Of a stretch of DNA of 64,000 nucleotides, positions 39,601-48,561 are shown piece after piece; the first letter of the stretch is position 1; each line of letters opens with the position of its first letter. Under the pieces are notes generated by a model, which saw only the letters and a program-made list of their open reading frames with translations, was not told where the DNA came from and searched no databases. The DNA lies in NCBI GenBank assembly GCA_965644295.1, contig CBFFRP010000297.1:930001-994000 (forward strand), given 5' to 3'. The DNA is from Paraphysomonas bandaiensis. Lineage: Eukaryota; Protista; Chrysophyceae. The translations under genes were made by a program, and so were the position numbers.

Positions 39601-39987
39601 GGAGGATGACGTGGATCCTACATCTGATGACTATTACGTCCCAGTAGTCACGGTAGGCAAATGATACTTGCGTTTCAAAAACCCTATGGATTTGAATTCT
39701 ATTTGTTTTCGTGTTTTACCAGTTTGGAAAAGCTACCAGGTGACATGGTGGTGAGGTATTGTTATGTGCGCGAGATGGGGTGTGCGAGTGTGAGAAGTGG
39801 GTGATGGAGGAGATGTGAGGGGGAGCGGCTGTTGCCACCCTGGGGCGTGATTCTGCGATGACGTCGCAGCTTGTGTAAGTGCTGAGGAAACCGATCCCGG
39901 GTGTGTGACAAACTGGGTGCAATCCTTCTCGTCACGCCTAGTATATAAGAGGAGGACCCACAGTTTTCTGTGTTTGTAGAGAGGAAG
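36665..39987 (+). repeat. Right arm of the inverted segmental duplication (rearranged)
   Basis: Reverse complement of 25843-29680 with a ~0.9-kb deletion, a ~200-bp insertion near 38850-39050 and a re-inserted internal fragment at ~39580-39735. Confidence 0.88.
36785..38651 (+). pseudogene. Frameshifted, 3'-truncated copy of the PDZ-domain gene
   Basis: GGAC duplication at ~37322-37329, an extra A in a homopolymer at ~37525, small deletions near 37700, and loss of the PDZ-coding part after ~38615. Confidence 0.85.
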
Positions 39988-40195
39988 TGCTACTTGTCGT
40001 TATTATTAAGTGGTATGTCAATGGAAATATGTTTAATTATTATAAATCCTTAAGAAAATCCTCTAGAAACCCGGAAGGGAAACCCCTATGTCTATATCTC
40101 AAAAGTTCAATGGGACCTTCCAAACAGAGTAGTCTTAAGATATTCACCAAATCTCCCTACCAACTGAACAAAGATGATGATCAGTGGTGTCATTG

Positions 40196-40957
40196 CTAAG
40201 GGATAACAGTTTCGAGCTCCTGTGTGTGAATGCACACTGCAGCAGTGCAAAACGTGAAGGTATTCGTAACCGCAATTTGGTCAGCAGAGGTTGCCCTGAC
40301 ATTGGCGTCTTTGGATATGCCGATATTAGCATTGTCAGAATTCAAAGAAATCCTTTGTTGATGCACATTCAGCAGCATACCGGTCAAGAAAATCACACAC
40401 CTTACTTTCACATCTCCCATGCTTACAACTTGATCCACAAAAACTTCAAATGACTTGGATTTTCTGTCAATGATTAGAGTATTCCCAGACACATGACATA
40501 TACCAGTAGTGATTTCTGAAGTCAGCTTCGGACCAATATAATTTGCAAACGATCCCATCCCCAACTTGGCCAAGTTCAATTGTGCTGTAATTTCGCTTGT
40601 AAGATGTTCATCAATGGCCAACAATGAATTTGCGTATGAAACAAGCGCTTCATACTTTTCAACGGCAACATTGTTACGCCAGCCTGTTACACTTGACATT
40701 CTGGAGGTCACCTCTTCTTTTCTGTTGGATGAGTGATGCTTCTCAAAATGTTCTGGACACCTTGATGTATCGCCGTGTGTCGCGGTCACTGGGGCCCCAC
40801 ACCCTTGAACTGAACATGTGCAAGCACGACAGAAGGCACTTTCCCATGAATCTTCGATTGCTGGTCTGCGTGAGCATGTTCTACAAAGGCAATCATCACA
40901 GTATTCATACCCTTGTACTGGTTTATTGTAATTACACTTTGAGCATTTTTGGCCCAT
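40196..40957 (-). CDS. Hypothetical protein with a Cys-rich, putatively Zn-binding N-terminus
   Basis: ORF from MGQKCSKC with repeated CxxC motifs and CSVQGC...RCPEH. No family recognised. Confidence 0.6.
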   Translation of the reverse strand: MGQKCSKCNYNKPVQGYEYCDDCLCRTCSRRPAIEDSWESAFCRACTCSVQGCGAPVTATHGDTSRCPEHFEKHHSSNRKEEVTSRMSSVTGWRNNVAVEKYEALVSYANSLLAIDEHLTSEITAQLNLAKLGMGSFANYIGPKLTSEITTGICHVSGNTLIIDRKSKSFEVFVDQVVSMGDVKVRCVIFLTGMLLNVHQQRISLNSDNANIGISKDANVRATSADQIAVTNTFTFCTAAVCIHTQELETVIP

Positions 40958-41029
40958 CTTATATATGAGGTAGTTAAGGATTATAGTCAATGATCTTGTC
41001 TTGCATTTTGTTCTGCCTACTATTGAGTC

Positions 41030-41180
41030 TTGTATCAGCGTCCTTTGTATATTTTTGTCCAAAAATGTCTCTAATATTGAGATAATAGTTATCTGTATTA
41101 CAGCCGTAGTTGTATCACAGTAATATAGACGATATTTACCTCAATATATTTCCGAAAAATAAGATTCTGACTGCCGATAC
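41030..41180. repeat. Dispersed ~150-bp repeat, copy 4
   Basis: tctctaatattgagataatagttatctgtattacagccgtagttgta...ttccgaaaaataagattctgactgcc. Confidence 0.8.
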
Positions 41181-41648
41181 TCTTGTGGTCTGCGTCCAAA
41201 AGCAGGAAAAAAGAATACTAGTGAACTCCTCAAAAAAGATACAAATTATAGTATCTTTAACAGACTCTTTCACAACAACTAGGAGACGTTTTTTGACCAC
41301 AATTTCAAAGCTCTTCTACACTCATATTGCATACGAAAAAACAAAAAGCACAATACAATAAAATGAAGACTGGTCCGCTTTGTAGGAATTCCTAGTAGGG
41401 TTTCGACAAAATATTTTCAGTTCAATGACCATTAAAGATATACCTTTTCAGTTTTTTGTCTGCTAAAGATCCGTTTTTCTGTTATATATCGCTAAATATT
41501 TTCAGTTTTTGTCTACTAAAGATATCGTGCGCACGATCCTGAATCTACATCGAACTTAAAGAACAACGCTTGCATGTTGCATGACATCACAAACCGTTGC
41601 ATATACAATACAACTTGCAAGCTGTCTTACACATACTTATTGTTAATA

Positions 41649-42920
41649 ATGTTTTCTGCTCTTTCTAGAAACGCCGCACGCACCTCTGTCCTTGCTGCCA
41701 GCGCTGTGTTGGCGGGAACTTCATTCCATCACCAGAATGGATTTTGCAGCACTTCCGACCAGCTCAGCGATATCTTGAAGTCTGTCAAAGCTATCGAGAA
41801 GGACTTAGGTATCGACCAGACAGAAACCGCTCCTGCTGTCGATCCTGTTGGAAACTTCCCCGTTTTGACCTCGAAACATAAGTCTCTTGCTGTCAAGGTC
41901 CTGAAGGAGAACCCCGACATCTATGCCAAACTTTGCAACAAGAAGACCCCAATGGGATTCACTTTTGACCACGCTATCCAAGCTGGTCTAGATGCCCCTC
42001 ATCTTGGTGTTGGAGTAGTTGCAGGCGAGCCGGCTGCATTTGAAACTTTCAAGGAGCTGATGGACCCAGTCATTGAGGGATGGCACGGGTACAAGCCCTC
42101 TGACACTCACACCAGTGACATGGACTACAACAAGCTTAAGCTTACCCCCGAACAGGCTGAAAAGTTTGACAAGTATGTGGTATCTACCCGTATCCGTGCC
42201 GGACGGTCAATTGATGGTCTCGCCCTTCCTCCCTCAACTGACCGCAAGCAACGCAGAAAGGTTGAATCCCTCTGTGTGAACGCCCTCTCCAGTATGCAGG
42301 GTGACCTTGAGGGCAAATACTATCCTCTTGGCAACATGACAAAGGAAGAGGAGCAGCAGCTTATCGATGATCACTTCCTGTTCCAGAAACCTGGCCCTCG
42401 TAACGTCCTTGCGAACTGTGGTGCTGGTCGTGACTGGCCTGATGCTCGTGGTATCTTCCACAACAAGGAGAAGACTTTCCTTGTGTGGGTTAACGAGGAG
42501 GATCATATCAGATGCATCAGTATGCAGAATGGTGGCAATGTCAAAGAGGTATTCGCTCGCTGGGCCCGCGCAATCAACTCCATCGAGGAGTCTCTCAAGA
42601 GTGCAGGATATGGATATGCCCACACTGATCATCTCGGCTACATCACCACCTGCCCCTCGAATGTCGGAACTGGCCTCCGTGCATCAGTTATGCTTAAGCT
42701 TCCTAAGCTTTACAAGAAGCTTGGTGTACATGCTCTTGAAGAGCTTTGTGACTCCATGGGTCTCCAGGCGAGAGGTGCCAAGGGTGAGCACTCTCCTCCT
42801 GGCCCTAACGGAGAGTTCGACATCTCCAACAAGGGACGTATCGGCGCCTCCGAGGTCGCTCTTGTTCAGCGCATGATTGATGGAGTGGATAAGCTTATTG
42901 CTATGGAAGAGGCTTGCTAA
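41649..42920 (+). CDS. Phosphagen (ATP:guanidino) kinase with a putative mitochondrial presequence
   Basis: NEEDH and CPSNVGTG motifs, VSTRIRAGRS, DWPDARGIF. N-terminus MFSALSRNAARTSVLAAS is Arg/Ser/Ala-rich with no acidic residues. Strong codon bias; substrate not assignable. Confidence 0.93.
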   Translation: MFSALSRNAARTSVLAASAVLAGTSFHHQNGFCSTSDQLSDILKSVKAIEKDLGIDQTETAPAVDPVGNFPVLTSKHKSLAVKVLKENPDIYAKLCNKKTPMGFTFDHAIQAGLDAPHLGVGVVAGEPAAFETFKELMDPVIEGWHGYKPSDTHTSDMDYNKLKLTPEQAEKFDKYVVSTRIRAGRSIDGLALPPSTDRKQRRKVESLCVNALSSMQGDLEGKYYPLGNMTKEEEQQLIDDHFLFQKPGPRNVLANCGAGRDWPDARGIFHNKEKTFLVWVNEEDHIRCISMQNGGNVKEVFARWARAINSIEESLKSAGYGYAHTDHLGYITTCPSNVGTGLRASVMLKLPKLYKKLGVHALEELCDSMGLQARGAKGEHSPPGPNGEFDISNKGRIGASEVALVQRMIDGVDKLIAMEEAC

Positions 42921-43497
42921 ATGACTATGTTCATTGAAAGCTAAGACAAGAATAGTTTGTGTTGATTTTCTTGTCGCTTGTGTTTGTTGTGTAAGATTAA
43001 AAATTTGTTGAATTAACGAGATCTTATTGTGCATTAGCTGCCTTAAGCAGGACTTTATCAATACTACATATGTAATTACATAGTTACTTTCTGCTTTCTG
43101 ATAGATGCAAATGCTTTACACAGCAGAAATAGAATCATATTGTTCAGCATGCTGTAAGCATTTCAAACGTCGGGAGAGGCGAGCTTTTTATTCGGTGCTA
43201 GGGAAATATAGTAACTGTATTGCTTGATTGATCACCAATATTATTATTGTTGAACTAGCAGAAAATATCTTATAGTTAATAGTAACTACTACATACGAAA
43301 AGGTTGTTAATATTAAAGTAAGATATAATAGCTTGTCTGTTCTCTGTCGTCCTAATTAATAGTTTGCTAGTTTACTACTAGTAAGTTGATGTGGACAACG
43401 TTATTGAAATATCAAATATAATAAATCTTTAATATTGCTTAATCATTACGATTTTAATAGTTGCACTGAGATTTATTTGAAAATAGTTGTCAGTCAA

Positions 43498-44396
43498 CTA
43501 ATTCTTTCGCCACCTCCCAATCGCAGTGGACAGTTTTAATCCCCATGCGTTAATAGTGGTTCCATCTCTACCTTCGTGGGAAAGCTCTGGTGGTAGCATT
43601 TCAAGTTGAAAGTGTTGAAACCCGAGGGGCTCCAGTAATGACGCGTAGTCTTCCATGGTCACTTTGAAAGGTGGTCCACCTTCCTTATCACCAATAGGAT
43701 ACATAATGGTGCAAAGTTCACCTCCTGGTGCCACAAGTGCTGCCATTTTCTTTGCCCAATCTCCTCTCACAGAAGGATCTAATGCACAAAAAAATGTATA
43801 GTCATAAATAAACTGAAATTGATTGGGTGGATCTTCAGGTAACTCAAAGAATGATGCCTGTTTAAACACAACAGATTCATGAGGTGGTTTCTTATCATCA
43901 GGTACAGATTGATAATATTCTTTGGCAGCTTGTATTGCTGTATTTGATAAATCCACTCCAATAGCTACTCTATCTGATGTAGCTAATAAGAGGACATCAT
44001 ATCCTCGACCACATCCAGGTACAAGAGCTCGACCAGTTGGGACTGTTCCTTCCTTTACCATTTGTTTTAATGCAGGTAGAGGTTCATAGATATCGAATTT
44101 ATCACCAGGGGAGATACCTTCTTGCCACATTTCTAATAGGGGATGATTAGTGTGGTGTGTATATAGGAGTGGATGGGTAGGGACATATACATATATATGG
44201 GACATATACATATATATACTTACATACATATGCATACATAGACTTATATAGGCATATATAGGCATAGTAGTAGATACATATAGAGGTATACGTATACATA
44301 CTGATACATGCATATATTATAGGCATACACTCATACATACATACCTTCCCAACGAGGGTGTTCCCTCTCACTTCTTGTATTACTTTCATCACCCAT
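43498..44396 (-). CDS. SAM-dependent thiol/halide methyltransferase (TPMT/HOL family); exons 44345-44396 and 43498-44132
   Basis: RALVPGCGRGYDV, IYDYTFFCALDP and GGPPF motifs. A phase-1 GT-AG intron filled with microsatellite joins the exons. Confidence 0.9.
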
Positions 44397-44724
44397 TTTT
44401 TCACTTACTCACTTGTCTAAATAACCTGCACTTATCCTCACTGATATATGATGCAATATAGTGATCTTAGTATGCACAATATGCAAAGCAATCATACACC
44501 ACTTCACACTTCACTTCAATCCTAAGAATTCTATTTATAAAAAACACCCTTTTTTTGTTGTTTATGAATTATTTAGATCATCAAAAAAACAGAATACAAT
44601 GAAAAAACCTGAGTTTTTAAAATGATTGACATATTCCCCCCTTATCACGGTCCTCTAGAAAATTCAGATTTTTTTCCTGTGTGTATTCTACAAACCACAC
44701 TCCAACCACACACACACCATACTA

Positions 44725-44875
44725 CGTACGGAGTCCTCTGTATATTTTTGTTCAAATATGCCTCTAATATTGAGACAATAATTATCTGTATTCCAGCCGT
44801 AGTTGTATATCAGTAATATCGAGTATATTTGCTTCAATTTATTTCCGAAAAATAAGATGCTGACTGCCAATACGT
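44725..44875. repeat. Dispersed ~150-bp repeat, copy 5
   Basis: tgcctctaatattgagacaataattatctgtattccagccgtagttgta...ttccgaaaaataagatgctgactgccaatacg. Confidence 0.8.
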
Positions 44876-45189
44876 ATAGCAATGATCATACTTGCTGGGC
44901 GTATCTATGTATCTATTCATTGTCATTTACACAGCACATAATATCCTCATGTTTAGTTTAAAAAGAGTCTAGAATAATGTTTACTTGTTGAACAATATGC
45001 TGATGAAAGAAATCTTATGAACAACATCAAGTAGATGGGATATGACTTACAGTGCATATCATTACAAGGGATACATGTGATCATTATATATGGCGGGAGG
45101 GAGGAGCGCATGTTTGAATATATTGTTCAAAAAGTAAACAGTATTATGGATTCCTTTTGAATATAAACACGAAGATGTAGTGTTCTTGC

Positions 45190-45470
45190 GTAACTGATAA
45201 TGAATTGACAATGAATGCAGGTACCAACCTTATGACTTATCCATGGATGGGATGTCGTAACGCGGTGGTGGAGTACCTATCCAATGATTAATGATTGAGC
45301 GGTTATTACTAACAAATAATGCTATAACTGCATTACACGCTGACAATATAGTAAATAAAACTCTTTCACTTGAAGAAATGAGCAGCTTAAAAAGTGTATT
45401 ATGTTAGCATGGTAGTACTAAATAACATTCTGCAGATATGTTTACCACGTCGTTGCGTGGTGTCATTTAA
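45190..45470 (+). pseudogene. Possible degraded Ty1/copia RNase H remnant
   Basis: Only a short translated STK*HSADMFTTSL resembling the copia ADxFTKxL motif; no open ORF. Confidence 0.25.
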
Positions 45471-45597
45471 TAGAGTTGATGAGAGAGCAGCAATAATCAG
45501 TTTGTCCTATGTGGCTTTTGATGGTTGTGTATCCGTAAATTTTGTCTCGTGATGTGAAGGTTCTATCTACTGCTTAGAATTGAGAGAGTGCGTTTAG

Positions 45598-45701
45598 CAG
45601 GGCTAGGGAACATTATATTAAATTGCAATATATTGTATTGTAAAATATATTGATTGGTGCACTGGCTAATATTCCATCAATATAGTTTCTGTTAAAGTGG
45701 C
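45598..45701 (+). mobile_element. Left end of a diverged hAT copy, interrupted by the virus
   Basis: CAGGGCTAGGGAACATTATATT...CCATCAATA.GTTTCTGTTAAA aligns with 23788-23905. Confidence 0.85.
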
Positions 45702-45707
45702 TTCCAA

Positions 45708-46206
45708 AAAAAAAAATAGTGATGATGATGGCCGCTCCGCTCGGCATATGGCTTCATTTTAAATAATCCCATATTTCTATACTTTCTTAATTAATCCATA
45801 TTTCTATATCTATTTTAAATAATTCCATATTTCTATACTTTCTTAAATAAATCCATAAATTATTATTATTATTATTAATTTGACATTTTGGCATTGGCAT
45901 TTCAAATAAAATTATAAGAACTAAAATTATAATTCGAGATTAAAGAAAAAAACAATATTATGTCATGCCAAAAATGCCATTTACTTCATCACCATCAATA
46001 GCAGTAGCGTGTATATATCCCATCGCCACACTATGCACACATACTATAAACATACTAGCTACTGCACCAACACTATCTATACAAATCTTCTCTTTAAATA
46101 CTATTGTTATATGAAATGGTTTAAAGAATTATTTTTCATTTTATTTATTTTAATTTAAAAAGCAATTAAAAACACTTAAAGATAATTTGATATATAATAT
46201 TATAAA
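45708..46206 (+). repeat. Left terminal inverted repeat
   Basis: Reverse complement of 62379-62875. I saw one substitution (AATCCC vs AATTCC near 45768) plus a difference in homopolymer length. Confidence 0.97.
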
Positions 46207-46210
46207 GTAA

Positions 46211-46570
46211 ATGAACATTTTCAAAATATTTCTTAATGTCGATTTTAAACTCAAAGATGATGCTAAACTGTTAGGCGCCAAGTGGGATTCAAATATTAAA
46301 TGTTGGTTTGTATACAGTAATCATTTAAATTGCGAAACACTTGTTGAAAAGTTTGGGGAAAATAAAGAAAAAAGGAAGGATTACAATAAACAGTATAGGA
46401 AGCTAAATAAAGAAAAGATAGCTGAATCGAGAAAAATATACAGAGAAAAGAACAAGGACAAGATAAACGAGAAACATAATTGTGAATGTGGTAGTAAATA
46501 TAGAAAGATCGATAAAGCTAGACATATCAGAACAAAGAAACATGTCAAATATATGGAGGCATTGCATTAA
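46211..46570 (+). CDS. Viral protein with a DUF5710-like N-terminus and a C2H2-type zinc finger
   Basis: LNVDFKLKDDAKLLGAKWD...CWFV; CECG...ARHIRTKKH. Confidence 0.7.
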   Translation: MNIFKIFLNVDFKLKDDAKLLGAKWDSNIKCWFVYSNHLNCETLVEKFGENKEKRKDYNKQYRKLNKEKIAESRKIYREKNKDKINEKHNCECGSKYRKIDKARHIRTKKHVKYMEALH

Positions 46571-46710
46571 TTCCTCATTTTTCCATCAGCAACCATTTCA
46601 CAACTTACTTGTAGTATATAGCGGGAAAGCTGTTGTGTTGTCATCATCGCAATATCAGTTAATGACTTTCTAGCCTTCTTACTGGCCTTGCCTACATTGA
46701 TGTCGTCCAT
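46567..46710 (-). CDS. Small viral ORF (47 aa, MDDINVGKASKKARKS...)
   Basis: Read by hand because it is below the ORF track cutoff. It has a TATA-rich upstream motif like the other viral genes and shares the TTAA stop with the facing gene. Confidence 0.5.
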   Translation of the reverse strand: MDDINVGKASKKARKSLTDIAMMTTQQLSRYILQVSCEMVADGKMRN

Positions 46711-46857
46711 ATTCACAATATGTATAATATATAATATGTATGAACTGTCACAACGTTTACAATTGCAAGTATCTTTTGCGATATTTATATATGCATAATT
46801 TATTTTTTCAGTTTTGCAATATCCTGGATATGCTGAATAACTTGGTCAAAACACTAA

Positions 46858-47054
46858 TTTGAGTGAAAACCCCCCTCTGTTCACTCATTTTGAGTGAAAA
46901 CCCCCTCTGTTCACTCTTTTTGAGTGAAAACCCCCCTCGTTTCACTGGTTTTGAGTGACAACACCCCTCTGTTCACTGGTTTTGAGTGAAAACACCCCTC
47001 TGTTCACTGGTTTTGAGTGAAAACACCCCTCTGTTCACTCATTTTGAGTGAAAA
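46858..47054. repeat. Viral palindromic tandem repeat, ~31-bp unit, 6 full copies plus a partial seventh
   Basis: TTTGAGTGAAAAC(A/C)CCCCTCTGTTCACT(CA/GG)T, with an AGTGAA...TTCACT dyad in each unit. Confidence 0.92.
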
Positions 47055-47135
47055 GTACCAATTTCGAGAGAAAACCCATATTTTATTTGTGGAAACCCAT
47101 TTCTGTTTTATAATACAGTAATATATAGAGACAAT

Positions 47136-48080
47136 ATGAAACATTTTTACACAGATGAAACATTTACATACGTTGTGACCACTGCTAATTTAACTTCAGG
47201 AGATAATGGATCCTGCCAGATACCTATGCTCGCCATCCTTCCTAATGATGTTGAGTACTTTATATGTGTTCCCGTATACTTTCAATCAACATCAAATTTA
47301 TTCTCTACTCCTGCTTCAAGCACTGTAGTATTGGAAGCCAAGGACTTTGTTCACACTGGATACTCTACCAATGGTTTAACAGAGTTCAAAGCAGTAACAC
47401 CCCCTTTATTTGGAGCACAGGGATCTCAACCGAGAGTAGGACTTTTTAACACTGTTGACCAAATGCATTACATAGTTAAAAACTTCAATAATAAAACCAT
47501 TCAATTTACATTTCGAAATTGTGAAGGCTTTGAACAGGATTGTGTAGCTCTTGGTGGATGGCTTAAACAATGGATATTGTATTTATCTCTTACTCCAATA
47601 AGAGCAGAAAAACCGCATTATATCATATCAAACATACAAAAATCTTTCACTTATACGATTACCAATAAAGGGGCTGAAGGATCAGTGAATGATTGCTACA
47701 TAACACTTCCTGCAATAAACGATAATTATAATAATTACTTTGTAGATGTTGTAAATTGCAGTGTAAACAGTGATACTTTTAATTTAGCTTCCATGAGATA
47801 TATCAATATATATGCTTTTGACTGGGCTGAAAATGGATACGGTGGATATAATAATAGGACTGATAGAATGATAATATGTAGTCCATTTATGAAATTTGAT
47901 GATGAACCTTCTCTATTCGGTGGAGATTCTGCAGTATTTAAAATATCAAATATGAAAACAAATAGAAGAATTAGATTTAAAATGGAACAAGCAAATATGA
48001 ATGATGTTGACGCATCAGAAGTAGATATCGGTGGAACGTCATATTATTATATAACATGTAAAATAACGCCAATTAACTAG
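47136..48080 (+). CDS. Viral protein with two tandem penton-like (single jelly-roll) domains
   Basis: Internal duplication (FTYVVTTAN...SCQI / FTYTITNK...DCYI; each half ends (L/I)TPI). It parallels the N- and C-terminal strands of the penton at 52801-53538. Confidence 0.6.
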   Translation: MKHFYTDETFTYVVTTANLTSGDNGSCQIPMLAILPNDVEYFICVPVYFQSTSNLFSTPASSTVVLEAKDFVHTGYSTNGLTEFKAVTPPLFGAQGSQPRVGLFNTVDQMHYIVKNFNNKTIQFTFRNCEGFEQDCVALGGWLKQWILYLSLTPIRAEKPHYIISNIQKSFTYTITNKGAEGSVNDCYITLPAINDNYNNYFVDVVNCSVNSDTFNLASMRYINIYAFDWAENGYGGYNNRTDRMIICSPFMKFDDEPSLFGGDSAVFKISNMKTNRRIRFKMEQANMNDVDASEVDIGGTSYYYITCKITPIN

Positions 48081-48105
48081 TAATATTTTCTGTTATAAAT
48101 ATATA

Positions 48106-48561
48106 ATGCAAAATAACAATAGTTTTACATATGTTATTTCATCTGCCAATGCAGTTTCAGGAGATGCTGAAAACTGCTATATAGATTTAGATCCCCTACC
48201 ACATGATTATAACTGGTACTCTGTTCAATGCACAGGATTTATAATGAATTGTGAGTCATTAGCTGTTGGACATCCTCAATATGTTTTATTGGTAGCAGAT
48301 GATTTGGCAGAAGATGGATATTACCAAGGTTTCGATGCCAATCAGTGTGTATTATCATACTTGAATACCGATGATACAGTTTCACAAATGACATCAGGAG
48401 AAGGATCTCAGTTTAAAGTTAAAAATTTTAAACAAAAAAGAAGAATACATTTTAGTTTATATGAACCAGATTTAACACCTATGGCTGGTGTTGTAGATGA
48501 CTCTGCGACAACATACTGGTGTATATCATTGCTGTTTACCCCTATTTTAGATCTGCAGTAA
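48106..48561 (+). CDS. Viral protein with one penton-like domain, paralogous to 47136-48080
   Basis: SFTYVISSAN...NCYIDL...FKVKNFKQKRRIHFSL...WCISLLFTPI. Confidence 0.6.
   Translation: MQNNNSFTYVISSANAVSGDAENCYIDLDPLPHDYNWYSVQCTGFIMNCESLAVGHPQYVLLVADDLAEDGYYQGFDANQCVLSYLNTDDTVSQMTSGEGSQFKVKNFKQKRRIHFSLYEPDLTPMAGVVDDSATTYWCISLLFTPILDLQ

Noticed and set aside
44946-45173. Imperfect ~50-bp inverted repeat pair (possible old MITE)
   Set aside because: Too degenerate and no TSD found.
46858-47054. Possible CRISPR array
   Set aside because: Units are head-to-tail with no unique spacers, there are no cas genes, and the context is a eukaryotic virus.
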